64,000 nt of DNA from Nitrospina sp. LS_NOB (GCA_001542995.1 LFLA01000003.1:78195-142194), one strand, 5' to 3'; positions 38,146 through 48,075 are shown, numbered from the stretch's first letter. Numbers and translations are program-made. The notes: generated by a model from the letters alone, not told the origin.

Positions 38146-38854
38146 GGTTCTTCTGTTTCCAAAGAATCAACCAGTGCTGCAGGAGTTTGATCGGTTGTGT
38201 GCCGCGAAACTTTCGGCGTTTGATTTTCGGGGTCTGGTCGTGTTGCAGTTTGGCGATCACGGTGGCGCCCACCGCTTCTTCCAGCACCACACCGCGTTGA
38301 GCGTGTTCCAGTTTTTTTGATTCGCAGACGCCGCGAAACGCCACCACCATGCGGCAGTCCAGAGGCCGGTCTTCATACACTTCGCAGGCACCTTCTTCAC
38401 TGAGAAAGGGGCAGGGTTGATTGATGACCAGTCTATGCCAGTCCACCTGATCGAGATTTTTTTCGGATTTAAGAACTTCGTCCACTTTATTGATGGTTCG
38501 TTGTGAACGTTCCAGCACGGCGTTGAGGTCGACCCCGTTTTCTTCGGCGTTTTTCAGGATGCCGTCCCATTCCAACTGGGTGCAGGAAACTCCGGTATGA
38601 CAACAGTGGGAACATCCGCGATGACATTGCAGGGGAGGCACGCCTTCGTTAAAAACTTTTTTCAGGTGTTGCCAGAACACCCGAAGCGGTGATATTTTTT
38701 CGTCGCGACCTTTTCCTTCAGAAAACTCAACCAGATATTCGTAAGCTTGCTGGATTTGCTGTTCAGAAAACTTATGTTTTAAGAAACCGCTCAGTTCATC
38801 GGTATTGGTCATACCGTAGATGAACATTCCGTTTTTATCAGTTTGGAGAGACAC
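38141..38854 (-). CDS. YkgJ-family (CxxCxxCC-type) cysteine-cluster protein
   Basis: CHRGCSHCC plus CPFL...GACEVYEDRPLDCR, as in the putative zinc/iron-chelating domain family. Confidence 0.7.
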   Translation of the reverse strand: MSLQTDKNGMFIYGMTNTDELSGFLKHKFSEQQIQQAYEYLVEFSEGKGRDEKISPLRVFWQHLKKVFNEGVPPLQCHRGCSHCCHTGVSCTQLEWDGILKNAEENGVDLNAVLERSQRTINKVDEVLKSEKNLDQVDWHRLVINQPCPFLSEEGACEVYEDRPLDCRMVVAFRGVCESKKLEHAQRGVVLEEAVGATVIAKLQHDQTPKIKRRKFRGTQPIKLLQHWLILWKQKNR

Positions 38855-38869
38855 AGCTAAAGAGGGGGT

Positions 38870-39259
38870 TTATTTTTTATTTTTTGCTACAAACTTCATC
38901 TGCAGTTCATAGATGAGTTGTTCCAGCAGTTTGCCTTCTTCTTCGTTAAGGTTGCCTTGGGTTTTCTCTTTCAGCATGATCAGCATGTCAATAGTTTGCT
39001 GGACAGCGGGCAGATTGGTTTCGGTTTTCCCGGTTTCAGGATCAGCGATGTCGCCGAGATGATAAAAGGCCGATGAAGTCAGTGACATGATAAAAGTGGA
39101 AAAATCGATCTTGAAGGGTTGCTGAGCTTGCTCCTGCGAAGGTTGTCCCGGCTGGGCTTCTGTCTTGGAATCCTGATCTAGCGCTTCGTCTTCGGAAAGT
39201 TGTGAAGAACGGCTGTCTTTGAATACGAATCCTTCTCCTTCAATTTCTTCATCACTCAT
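38870..39259 (-). CDS. DUF1844 domain protein
   Basis: Acidic N-terminus, then FSTFIMSLTSSAFYHLG...LPAVQQTIDMLIMLKEKTQGNL. Confidence 0.75.
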   Translation of the reverse strand: MSDEEIEGEGFVFKDSRSSQLSEDEALDQDSKTEAQPGQPSQEQAQQPFKIDFSTFIMSLTSSAFYHLGDIADPETGKTETNLPAVQQTIDMLIMLKEKTQGNLNEEEGKLLEQLIYELQMKFVAKNKK

Positions 39260-39306
39260 GGCGCACCTTCAAATTTGAGATTAGCATCTAATATCCGGTA
39301 ATTTTA

Positions 39307-39528
39307 TTAGCTGTCTTCTTCTTCGCCCATCAGCAGGGGAACCGAGAAACCCAATACGATCATGATCAATCCCAGCATGAGGGCGAGATAACCTTTTCCT
39401 TCTATAAACTCCATATAGGTTTTTCCCGCCAGCGGCCATTGCAGGACGACCCCCACCACAACAAATACTGCACCCAGCACGAAAAGAAATTTTTTCATCC
39501 AATTGGCATTTTGCTCATGGGTGTTCAA
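39307..39528 (-). CDS. Small two-TM membrane protein, hypothetical
   Basis: 73 aa with two hydrophobic helices and an acidic tail. An alternative start is at MKKFLF. Confidence 0.45.
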   Translation of the reverse strand: MNTHEQNANWMKKFLFVLGAVFVVVGVVLQWPLAGKTYMEFIEGKGYLALMLGLIMIVLGFSVPLLMGEEEDS

Positions 39529-39660
39529 TTTTCACCGGAGTGTGGGATTCTTCTTGTTGAATCACGGGCAGGGCATAACCCTTTCGGATGGTAGCAAAAG
39601 GCCCATTTTATGTCAAAATATTAGTCGCCTGTTGTTGGGCCGTTCTGCTAAGATTGACCC

Positions 39661-40518
39661 ATGAAACCTTATGCGTTGTTATTTATAGGTTTGCTGTTGG
39701 TCGCTTGTTCTCCTAGTCGCATGGCGCTTCAGGCCACATTGCCCCTTGTCGAGAGCCAGATTCTGGCCATGCATGAGGAAAGGGATCCGGAACTTGCCGA
39801 ACAGGCCATCCCGGCTAACTTAAAAATCCTCGAAGGACTCCTCAAACAGGACCCCGATAACACCTGGATACTGGAAAACCTCGCTGAAGGTTTTTGCGGT
39901 TACGCCTTCAGCTTTCTGGAAGATACAGAACCGGCACGCGCCTCTTCCTTATATGAAAGGGGTAAGGATTATGCCCTGCGCGCGACTATTCTGAGGACGG
40001 GAAGGGAAAAATGGCAAGGCCTTTCTTTGGATGAGTGGTCCCACGCGCTTAATGAAGTGGATGTTTCACACCAGCCGGCTTTGTTCTGGATGGGGCAATG
40101 CTGGGGAAGTTGGTTGATGCAGAATTTGGACTCGGTTGAGGCTTTTGCCGACATTCCCCGTTTGGAAAGCCTGATGGTAAAAGTCCATGATTTGGACCCC
40201 GCTTTTCATCACGCCGGACCACATTTGTTTCTCGGTGCTTTTTATGGTGGGCGGAGTAAAATGCTCGGTGGCAATCCGGAGAAATCCCGTCACCATTTTG
40301 AAAAGGCGCTGGAGTTAACCGATAACAAATATTTACTGGTGCGTTTGTTTTTTGCCAAAACCTATGCGGTGCAGAATCAGGATCGGAAATTGTTTGAATC
40401 GCAATTGCAGGCAGTTTTGCAGGCTCCCGTCGATCTTTTTCCCGAGCAGCGTCTCGCCAACCAAGTGGCCCGCCAAAAGGCCACCAAACTCTTAGGGCAA
40501 ATTGATGAACTATTTTAA
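39661..40518 (+). CDS. TatT-like TPR lipoprotein (TRAP-transporter-associated)
   Basis: Lipobox LLLVAC. Helical-repeat protein with FLGAFYGGRSKMLGGNPEKSRHHFEKALEL, typical of the TatT family. Confidence 0.7.
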   Translation: MKPYALLFIGLLLVACSPSRMALQATLPLVESQILAMHEERDPELAEQAIPANLKILEGLLKQDPDNTWILENLAEGFCGYAFSFLEDTEPARASSLYERGKDYALRATILRTGREKWQGLSLDEWSHALNEVDVSHQPALFWMGQCWGSWLMQNLDSVEAFADIPRLESLMVKVHDLDPAFHHAGPHLFLGAFYGGRSKMLGGNPEKSRHHFEKALELTDNKYLLVRLFFAKTYAVQNQDRKLFESQLQAVLQAPVDLFPEQRLANQVARQKATKLLGQIDELF

Positions 40519-41629
40519 GAGGGTCTCTGTTTATTCGGCGACTTTCTCTATGGCAATTCGCAGATCCTTATTTTATAAGGACTGCTCATGGCCAAAAGCA
40601 ATTTTTAGAAGTGCCCTTAATTTTACCACCCGCGCCCTGATTGTGCTGGTGGTGTTGCTGACCGTTGCTGGGGCAAGCCCGGCCGAAGCCGACAAAAAAC
40701 ATATTATCAAGTTTGCCACGCTAGCCCCCGAGGGCTCATCGTGGATGAAGTCCATGCGCAGGCTTTCTGACAAAATCAAAAAAGCCACCGACGGCAATGT
40801 GGCGTTTCGGTTTTATCCCGGCGGTGTGTCTGGCGATGAAAAGGACGTGATTCGTAAAATGAGGATAGGTCAGTTGCACGGTGCCGGCTTTACAGGGGTA
40901 GGGCTTGGAGAGATTCTGCCGGAGGTGAGGGTTCTTGATCTTCCTTTCCTGTTCGATAACGATGAAGAAATCCAGTACGTATACAACAAAATGAATGCCT
41001 ACTTTAAAGGTCGGTATGAAGAGAAGGGCTATGTGTTGTTGGGTTGGGTCCCGGTAGGGTGGGTGCATTTTTTTCCCCAGAAACCCATTCGTTCGGTAGA
41101 TGATCTGCGTCAGTCCAAACCCTGGATGTGGGAGGGCGATCCGCTGGTGGAACAGGCTTATAAAGGGCTGGGTGTCCGGCCGATTCCTCTTTCCATCACC
41201 GATGTCCTGCTCTCTTTGCAAACAGGCATGGTGAATACAGTTTATTCGTCAACGCAAGGGGCTCTGGCTTTGCAATGGTTCACCAAAGTGAAGCATGTTA
41301 CGCGATTGAAGATGGGCTACGCGACCGGCGGGGTTTTGATCTCTAAAAAGAAATTCGATAAGCTACCCAAGCCTTATCAGGAAGCGGTGAAAAAAATCGG
41401 TGCCGAGTGCCTGCAGGAACTGGTTGAACTCATCCAGAAGGACAACCTGAAAGCGCATGAGGTTCTAGAGAAAAACGATGTGAAATGGGTGGCGCTTCCC
41501 GATGAAAAAGAAATGGGCCGGTTTCAGGAAGCAGGGGTTGCGGCACGAAAAAACCTGGCGGGAAAATATTTCCCCTCCAAGCTCCTCGATGAGGTTCTCG
41601 GCCACCTCAAAGATTTCCGCAACCACTAG
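40502..41629 (+). CDS. TRAP-transporter solute-binding protein (DctP family)
   Basis: Signal peptide, then IKFATLAPEGSSWMKSM...FYPGGVSGDE...LDLPFLF. An alternative start is at 40550. Confidence 0.85.
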   Translation: MMNYFKRVSVYSATFSMAIRRSLFYKDCSWPKAIFRSALNFTTRALIVLVVLLTVAGASPAEADKKHIIKFATLAPEGSSWMKSMRRLSDKIKKATDGNVAFRFYPGGVSGDEKDVIRKMRIGQLHGAGFTGVGLGEILPEVRVLDLPFLFDNDEEIQYVYNKMNAYFKGRYEEKGYVLLGWVPVGWVHFFPQKPIRSVDDLRQSKPWMWEGDPLVEQAYKGLGVRPIPLSITDVLLSLQTGMVNTVYSSTQGALALQWFTKVKHVTRLKMGYATGGVLISKKKFDKLPKPYQEAVKKIGAECLQELVELIQKDNLKAHEVLEKNDVKWVALPDEKEMGRFQEAGVAARKNLAGKYFPSKLLDEVLGHLKDFRNH

Positions 41630-41812
41630 GCCGGCGCCGCCGGTGGCTGTGATAGACCCATCCTTAACTTCATGCCCCGGAGGGGTACAACTAGCAATAA
41701 ATAGCGTTAATGGGCTTGTGCAGGTTAGCTCGGCTTTATAAGCCGAGCTAATTTTTGTTAGCTCTGAGAGACATTGCTAATGGGGTCCAGCGTCACACTG
41801 GTGGGCTAGCGG
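41630..41812. repeat. Dispersed mosaic repeat, copy R8 (composite)
   Basis: It contains ttcatgccccggaggggta, the perfect palindrome ttagctcggctt-tat-aagccgagctaa, and gacattgctaatggggtccagcgtcacactgg. It ends in ggctagcgg, overlapping the stop of the gene ending at 41806. Confidence 0.55.
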
Positions 41813-42831
41813 AAGAAAGTTTCGATGTTCGCCTGTTTTCTCAGGTCTTCAATATAGACTTCTACCAGTTTTTTGGCTTCTTCCATGAACAGGTATTTTT
41901 GGATGGTTTTTTCCATTTCATCGAAAGGTGCTTGTTCAGAGGGACGTTTTTCAATGAGTTTGATGACGTGGAACCCGAACTGGGTTTCTACTTTTCCGCT
42001 GATTTCACCAGGATTTAATTTTGAGACGGCATCGTCAAAAGACGGATCAAAAATCCCTTTATAAATAACGTCCAGATCTCCGCCGCTTTTCCGGCTGGCT
42101 TCGTCGTCCGATTTTTTCTTTGCCAGTTCCTCAAAGTCCGCGCCTTCTTTAATCTCTTTAAGAATTTCGTCTATCCTTGCTTCCGCCTTTCGGGTCAGTT
42201 CTTCCTTTCTGTTTTGCAGTTCCGCGACGGGGGTGGATTTCAATAGTTCTGGAGGAAAGATCGCTGCGAGAATGTGGTGAGCGCGATAAGATTCGGGACG
42301 GTGGAATTTTTGCTTGTTATCTTCATAGTATTTTTTAACGTCCGCGTCTGCAATGGTGATCTTGCCTTTAATTTGCTCGTTCAATAACTTCCGGGCATTG
42401 ATATCCACGGTCGTGGAATGTTTAAGATCCTCCAGAGTGATGTTTCTTACGCCCAGGGCTTTTTCAAATTCTTCGTCGCTGGCATAAGGTTCGCGAAGGG
42501 CTGCCATCTCTTTCTCGATCAGGTCGGAGTCCACTTCCAGGTTCTTTTTTTCACCCTGTTGGTGGACCAGTTCCCGCACCACTTCTTTTTCTATCAGGTC
42601 TTTCACGATACTGGTTTTTTCGCGGGGGGTCAGCGGTCGTTTGACGTTTCTCAAAATCTGATTCAACCGGAACTCAATATATTTTGATTGGATTTCCACT
42701 CCATTGACCTTTGCCACGATTTCGGGAATATTCAGGCTTTGTGGAGAAGATTGCGCGAACGCTTTTTCTGCCATCGGAAAAATGAAAGTGAAAAGGGATA
42801 AGACAGCTAAAAGGTGGAATCTGTTTTTCAT
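41806..42831 (-). CDS. SurA/PrsA-like periplasmic peptidyl-prolyl isomerase (parvulin domain)
   Basis: Signal peptide, SurA_N-like helices and a rotamase core (YRAHHILA...SGGDL...FGFHVIKL). Confidence 0.85.
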   Translation of the reverse strand: MKNRFHLLAVLSLFTFIFPMAEKAFAQSSPQSLNIPEIVAKVNGVEIQSKYIEFRLNQILRNVKRPLTPREKTSIVKDLIEKEVVRELVHQQGEKKNLEVDSDLIEKEMAALREPYASDEEFEKALGVRNITLEDLKHSTTVDINARKLLNEQIKGKITIADADVKKYYEDNKQKFHRPESYRAHHILAAIFPPELLKSTPVAELQNRKEELTRKAEARIDEILKEIKEGADFEELAKKKSDDEASRKSGGDLDVIYKGIFDPSFDDAVSKLNPGEISGKVETQFGFHVIKLIEKRPSEQAPFDEMEKTIQKYLFMEEAKKLVEVYIEDLRKQANIETFFR

Positions 42832-42953
42832 AATTTCGTCAAAGGGTAAAAGGATTGGTTAGGAGTGACTTTAATATCAGGTGCCGGGGATTCACGGGAG
42901 AATAACACTCATGAAATCACGTTGCAATACCTGTCCCTTAAATTGACGGATCG

Positions 42954-45617
42954 GTGAGGCTGTGGGAAAATCCCCCCTTTATGACGACGCACCCTGCATT
43001 CAGAGTTTCATGGATTGCCTACGCCTGCCTTTTTGCTTCAGGAGCCGCCAGCCTGGTTTATGAGTTGATATGGTTTCGGCATTTGACTCTGGTTTTTGGA
43101 GCCAGTTTGTATGCGCTGAGTGCGGTGTTGTGCGCGTTCATGATGGGGCTTGCTGGCGGAGCCTGGGCCATGGGCCAGGTGCTGACTCGTGCTGACATGG
43201 AACCGGGAAAACTGATTCGCGTTTATGGATTGCTCGAAGGCTTGATCGGACTTTACGCTCTCTGTTTTCCTTTGGGGCTGGAGTTTCTGGAAAAACTGTA
43301 TCCCTTGATTTTGCCCGCAAGCGGCCAGGTCGGCTTGACCGTACACCTGCTTGAGTTTTTTCTGAGCACGCTCCTGATGTTTCCCGCAACTTTATTGATG
43401 GGGGCCACCTTGCCGCTGGTGGGGTGCTGGGCTACAGGCAATCAGACTGAGAAGGTTTTCACTCAGGTATCCTTATTATATGGGGTCAATACCTTCGGCG
43501 CGGTTTTTGGTTGTTTGTTCACCCAGTTTTTCGCCATTCGACTCTGGGGGGTCCAGGGGGCGACAGTATTCGCAATAGGTCTCAATGTGGTGGTTTTTGT
43601 ACTGTGTTATTGCAGGCCCCGAATTTTTTATGCGGTGGAACCCAGCCAGACTGAAACCAAAAAACATAAAAGGGAAAAGGAGGCGGATACGGAAGTCTCG
43701 CCCGCCATCGGCATTCTGGTTTTTATCATGTTTGCCTATTCCGGGTTGGCTTCCTTATCCAGTGAGATTTTATGGACGCGGATTCTTGTTTTCCCTATGG
43801 GCAGCACCCTGTATTCGTTCGCGCTTATCCTGGCCACATTTTTACTGGGAATAGCGTTGGGCAGCCTGACGGCCAACAAACTTTTGGGGCGGTCGCACCG
43901 GGTGCTAAAGTTTATCGGAATAGAGATTGCCATTGGTGTTTTTTGCATTGCCATTCTTCCCGTGCTGGCAAACCTGACGGAATGGACCTCGCTGGCGGAT
44001 CGTTATTTTTACAGCCTGGATAGCTCTCCCGAGAATATCCTTTTGATTCGATCCTTATTTGCCTTCGCGTTGATGTTCCTTCCCACTTTTGGGTTTGGCC
44101 TGCTTTTTCCTTTAGCCAACCATATTTATTCTTACCGATTCGAGGGAGTCGAAAAAGGAGTCGGGAAAATTCTCGGCAATACCTACTCCATCAATACGGT
44201 GGGCGCGGTATTGGGAACCATCCTGACACCCTTTGTGTTCATTCCATTTTGGGGAATCCGTTTGTCCCTGTATGGGATTTATGCAGTATTGATCCTGTTC
44301 GGGGTTTACGTCATGGCAAGAGTCCGCGAGTTCAGGTCAGCGACTACGGTGATGACGTTGGGTGCGGTGTTTTTTTTCCTGGTATTGGGGAAAGGGTATT
44401 GGGTGCCGAACATAGAGACCCAAAAAGCCGGACAGGGCAACTTTGCCCGTCTGGAAATCAATGTTCCTGCAGACCGGATAAGCCTGTTGGATTACAAAGA
44501 GGGCGAATATTCCACCATCAGCGTTGTGGAGGATAAAGAAAGCCGGGCGCGCACAATTTATCTCGATGGATTCAGCACCGCCACGGTGTCCAGTTCGTTT
44601 TCCGGCAGCACTTATATGCAGGCCATGGGGTTTGTGCCGATGGCTTTGCACCCTGCGCCGAAACGTGTTTTGGTGATCGGGTTTGGCACTGGCAACACCA
44701 TGGGAACGGCGTCCCTGTTTCCGGGTGCAGAGGTTCACGGAGTTGAAATTGATAAAAATGTCCTGGAGTTTTCCAAATGGTTTTCCCAGTGGAACCACGA
44801 TGTCTTAAACCGGGCCAATACGAAAATGTATATTCAGGATGGCAGAACCTTTTTGAAATGGTCGAAGTCCGCTTATGATGTCATCATTATGGAACCGATG
44901 TCTCCGCTGCAGGCCGGAGTGGTGAATCTTTATTCCAAGGAATTTTATGAGTTGGCTTTAAGTCGATTAAAGGAAGACGGCTTGCTGGTGCAATGGTTGC
45001 CTTTGCATCTGGTCGGGCCGGAAGATGCCCGGTCTATCACCCATACCTTTCGTCAGGTCTTTCCGGAGTTTTCGGTATGGAACAGTTTTCTCACGCGGAT
45101 TGTTATGCTGGTAGGAAGTCGCAACCCGGTAACACTGGATAAAAATCATTTTGAAACGCTCATGGGCAATGCGAAAATAAAAGAGATCGCCGAGGAAATG
45201 AAGGTAAACTCTTTTCTGGATTTTGCGGATTTTTATATTGCTGATGGAAAACGCCTCTCTCCCTTTCTGGAAGGCGCTGGTGAGATCACCGATGACTCAC
45301 CCCTGTTGGAGTTTTCTTCTGTTTCGCTCCTGCCTCCATTACAATGGGAGACCGATGAAAGTTTTTTGAACCTCTTGCGTTATCGGCTGGATCAGGTGCC
45401 CGAAGTCAAAGGAATGCCGGTTGGGGAGCAGGAGGTTTTTAAACAGGATTATGCTATTCGAACGGCGCAAAGGTTTGGCCTGTTTGCGCGCCGTTATCAT
45501 GGGCCGGGAGAAAACTTTTTTGCCTCCGGCAATTATTTTGCCGGGCTGGAAGCGCTGAGAGTTTCTTTTGAATCGCAACAAACAATTCATTTGCGAGATG
45601 CGAAGTGGGCTGACTAA
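42954..45617 (+). CDS. Polytopic membrane domain fused to a spermidine-synthase-like methyltransferase fold
   Basis: About 480 aa of TM helices, then VLVIGFGTGNT...DVIIMEPMSPL...LYSKEFYE (SpeE-like), then a helical tail. GTG start, with ATG at 42981 as an alternative. Confidence 0.8.
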   Translation: MRLWENPPFMTTHPAFRVSWIAYACLFASGAASLVYELIWFRHLTLVFGASLYALSAVLCAFMMGLAGGAWAMGQVLTRADMEPGKLIRVYGLLEGLIGLYALCFPLGLEFLEKLYPLILPASGQVGLTVHLLEFFLSTLLMFPATLLMGATLPLVGCWATGNQTEKVFTQVSLLYGVNTFGAVFGCLFTQFFAIRLWGVQGATVFAIGLNVVVFVLCYCRPRIFYAVEPSQTETKKHKREKEADTEVSPAIGILVFIMFAYSGLASLSSEILWTRILVFPMGSTLYSFALILATFLLGIALGSLTANKLLGRSHRVLKFIGIEIAIGVFCIAILPVLANLTEWTSLADRYFYSLDSSPENILLIRSLFAFALMFLPTFGFGLLFPLANHIYSYRFEGVEKGVGKILGNTYSINTVGAVLGTILTPFVFIPFWGIRLSLYGIYAVLILFGVYVMARVREFRSATTVMTLGAVFFFLVLGKGYWVPNIETQKAGQGNFARLEINVPADRISLLDYKEGEYSTISVVEDKESRARTIYLDGFSTATVSSSFSGSTYMQAMGFVPMALHPAPKRVLVIGFGTGNTMGTASLFPGAEVHGVEIDKNVLEFSKWFSQWNHDVLNRANTKMYIQDGRTFLKWSKSAYDVIIMEPMSPLQAGVVNLYSKEFYELALSRLKEDGLLVQWLPLHLVGPEDARSITHTFRQVFPEFSVWNSFLTRIVMLVGSRNPVTLDKNHFETLMGNAKIKEIAEEMKVNSFLDFADFYIADGKRLSPFLEGAGEITDDSPLLEFSSVSLLPPLQWETDESFLNLLRYRLDQVPEVKGMPVGEQEVFKQDYAIRTAQRFGLFARRYHGPGENFFASGNYFAGLEALRVSFESQQTIHLRDAKWAD

Positions 45618-45625
45618 GGTGAAGC

Positions 45626-45994
45626 ATGAAATTTAACCGCTCCGATAAATTTTTGATCGTCCTGTTGGTTTTTCTGAACGCCGGTCTTTTTTATTATTTC
45701 GGTAGCGGATTCAACCGTGGCGACTGGGTCGTTATTGAAGTGGACGCAAAAAGAGTGGCCCGTTTCCCGCTCATGACAGACCATGTTGCTCATGTGCAAG
45801 GTCCTTTGGGAACCACAGAGGTGGAAATCAAAAAGGGCAGGGCAAGAATCGTCCGCTCCCCCTGCAAACTCAAGGTCTGCATCAAGTCGGGTTACATTCA
45901 GTATGCCGACCGTCTCTCAGCCTGCCTGCCGAACAAGGTGGTGGTGAGGATTGAGGGGGAATCTCAACGCGGCCTCGACGCGGTTGTGGGATGA
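45626..45994 (+). CDS. NusG domain II-containing (DUF1312-like) membrane-anchored protein
   Basis: N-terminal TM helix, then a beta-rich domain with SPCKLKVCIKSG...SACLPNKVVV. Confidence 0.7.
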   Translation: MKFNRSDKFLIVLLVFLNAGLFYYFGSGFNRGDWVVIEVDAKRVARFPLMTDHVAHVQGPLGTTEVEIKKGRARIVRSPCKLKVCIKSGYIQYADRLSACLPNKVVVRIEGESQRGLDAVVG

Positions 45995-48075
45995 ATTTTT
46001 CAACCAAAGTTTCAAGGTGCCTGGTGTTATTGCTGGTTCTGGCCGCGACCCCGAATGAGGCCTGGTCTTTTTCCTCGATCCACCACCAGTTGCAAATTGA
46101 ACTGGAACCCTCTACCCGCTTTGCCAGAATCGAAGACACGGTTTATTTTAAAAATTCGCAGGGGAATTGTGACTCCCTTTTCCTTCATGCTGACCTGAAA
46201 CTGAACTCGGTTCCAGCGGGTTGGCAGGTGGAAACCTCACACGGACTCCTTAAGATAGAGTTCATCAAAAGCAGTTCCACAACCTGCCCTGAAACAGTGA
46301 CGTTGAATTATTCCGGTATTCTTCACGACCCTTCTCTTGGTCCAGATGACTCCACAGATTCCAGCGGCTTCTTTTTTTCCAGCGAGAGTTATTTTTATCC
46401 GCAGTCCAAGGCAAATGTCCTCACATTTGAAATGCGAGTTTCCCTTCCCGAACCCTGGCAGGCGGTGAGTCAGGGGAAACGATTCGGCGCTCAGCTTTCA
46501 GGGGAAAGGCGGATTGTGTCCTGGAAGTCTTCCAACCCTTTGGAAGAAATTTATTTGATCGGCAACAAGTTCCATATTTATGAAGTGGAGCATAACGGAC
46601 TCAACCTGTACGCGTTTTTATTGCAAAAAGAGGATGTTCTGGCCGATCGTTACCTTGAAATCGCTAAAGGCTACATCGATTTTTATTCCAAACTAATCGG
46701 GCCGTACCCGTATGAAAAGTTTGCCCTGGTGGAAAACTCCCGGCAGACCGGTTATGGCATGCCTTCTTTCACCTTGTTGGGATCGCGGATCATCCGCTTC
46801 CCGTTTATTCTGCACAGTTCTTATCCACATGAAATTCTACATAACTGGTGGGGCAACGGCGTGTTTCCTGATCTAAAGCAGGGCAACTGGTCGGAGGGGT
46901 TGACCGCTTATCTCGCCGATCATCTTCTTCTGGAATTGCAAGGCAAGGGCGCTCCTTATCGTTTTCAGGAAATGATGAAATTTTTGAACTATGTCAACGA
47001 AGAGAATGATTTCCCCCTGAGCGAATTTCGCTATCGCGACAGCATGGCCTCTCAGGCTATTGGCTATACCAAGCTTCTGATGGTATTTCATATGCTGCGC
47101 ACAGAAATCGGCGATGAAAATTTTTTAAAAGGTTTACAGAAATTTTATGTGACCTACAAGTATCGCCATGTGGGTTATGAGGAGATGCGTAAAAATTTTG
47201 AGGAGGTGTCAGGCCAAAGCTTGAATGGATTCTTTGAGCAATGGGTTCATCGAAAAGGGGCGCCGGCAATTGGCTTGCAGCAGGCGTCCTATGTTTCCGA
47301 TAAGGGCCGGCATGATCTTAAATTGACGGTGGAGCAATCCAATCCGGCTTTTAAGCTGAAACTTCCCATTGCCATCTGGACTGCGGACTCGCAGGTTGCC
47401 GAGATTTACTATGTAGAACTTGTCGCAGACAAGCAGGATTTTAATTTCCAGTTGTCGGTGGAACCGATTGCGGTTCGGCTCGATCCTTATAACGATGTGT
47501 TTCGCCGGCTGGGGGCTGAGGAAGCCCCTGCCAGCCTGGGGCAGACCTACGGTGCCCAAACCGTGACCGCGCTCCTGCCGGAAAAGGAAAAACCTGATTA
47601 CCGGATATTTGCACAATCGGTGGCAAAACGGATTTTCACCGGTGATGAAAACGCCTCATTTCCTGAGGGCAGTTTATGGGTTTTCGGGCGGGGTCATCCA
47701 ATGAGAAAAGCATTCATCGAACCACTGAAGAAATCCGGTGTTGTAGTGACTGAAAGGGGAATTCAAATTCATGACAAGTCCTATCCATGGGACGACCACA
47801 GCTTTGTCTTCACTTTACCCAGAACAGATCAGAAAAAAGGAACCATGACCTGGGTTGTCACCGAAAATGCTAAAAGCATTCCCGGCTTGATGCGCAAGCT
47901 ACCGCATTACGGTAAATACGGATATCTGGTGTTTGAGGGGTCGGCCCCTGACAACCGCGCTAAGGGCATTTGGCTTTCCAATCCGGTCGGACTACAAAAG
48001 GTTTTTAAGGGTGGGCATCCGCGTCTTTTACCCGAGCAAAAGCCTTTGGTTTCATTCAAGCCATTCCCAAAATAG
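45991..48075 (+). CDS. Secreted M1-family zinc aminopeptidase
   Basis: Signal peptide, HEILHNWWGN (HExxH) and a downstream WSEGLTAY glutamate. The start overlaps the previous stop (ATGA). Confidence 0.88.
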   Translation: MNFSTKVSRCLVLLLVLAATPNEAWSFSSIHHQLQIELEPSTRFARIEDTVYFKNSQGNCDSLFLHADLKLNSVPAGWQVETSHGLLKIEFIKSSSTTCPETVTLNYSGILHDPSLGPDDSTDSSGFFFSSESYFYPQSKANVLTFEMRVSLPEPWQAVSQGKRFGAQLSGERRIVSWKSSNPLEEIYLIGNKFHIYEVEHNGLNLYAFLLQKEDVLADRYLEIAKGYIDFYSKLIGPYPYEKFALVENSRQTGYGMPSFTLLGSRIIRFPFILHSSYPHEILHNWWGNGVFPDLKQGNWSEGLTAYLADHLLLELQGKGAPYRFQEMMKFLNYVNEENDFPLSEFRYRDSMASQAIGYTKLLMVFHMLRTEIGDENFLKGLQKFYVTYKYRHVGYEEMRKNFEEVSGQSLNGFFEQWVHRKGAPAIGLQQASYVSDKGRHDLKLTVEQSNPAFKLKLPIAIWTADSQVAEIYYVELVADKQDFNFQLSVEPIAVRLDPYNDVFRRLGAEEAPASLGQTYGAQTVTALLPEKEKPDYRIFAQSVAKRIFTGDENASFPEGSLWVFGRGHPMRKAFIEPLKKSGVVVTERGIQIHDKSYPWDDHSFVFTLPRTDQKKGTMTWVVTENAKSIPGLMRKLPHYGKYGYLVFEGSAPDNRAKGIWLSNPVGLQKVFKGGHPRLLPEQKPLVSFKPFPK

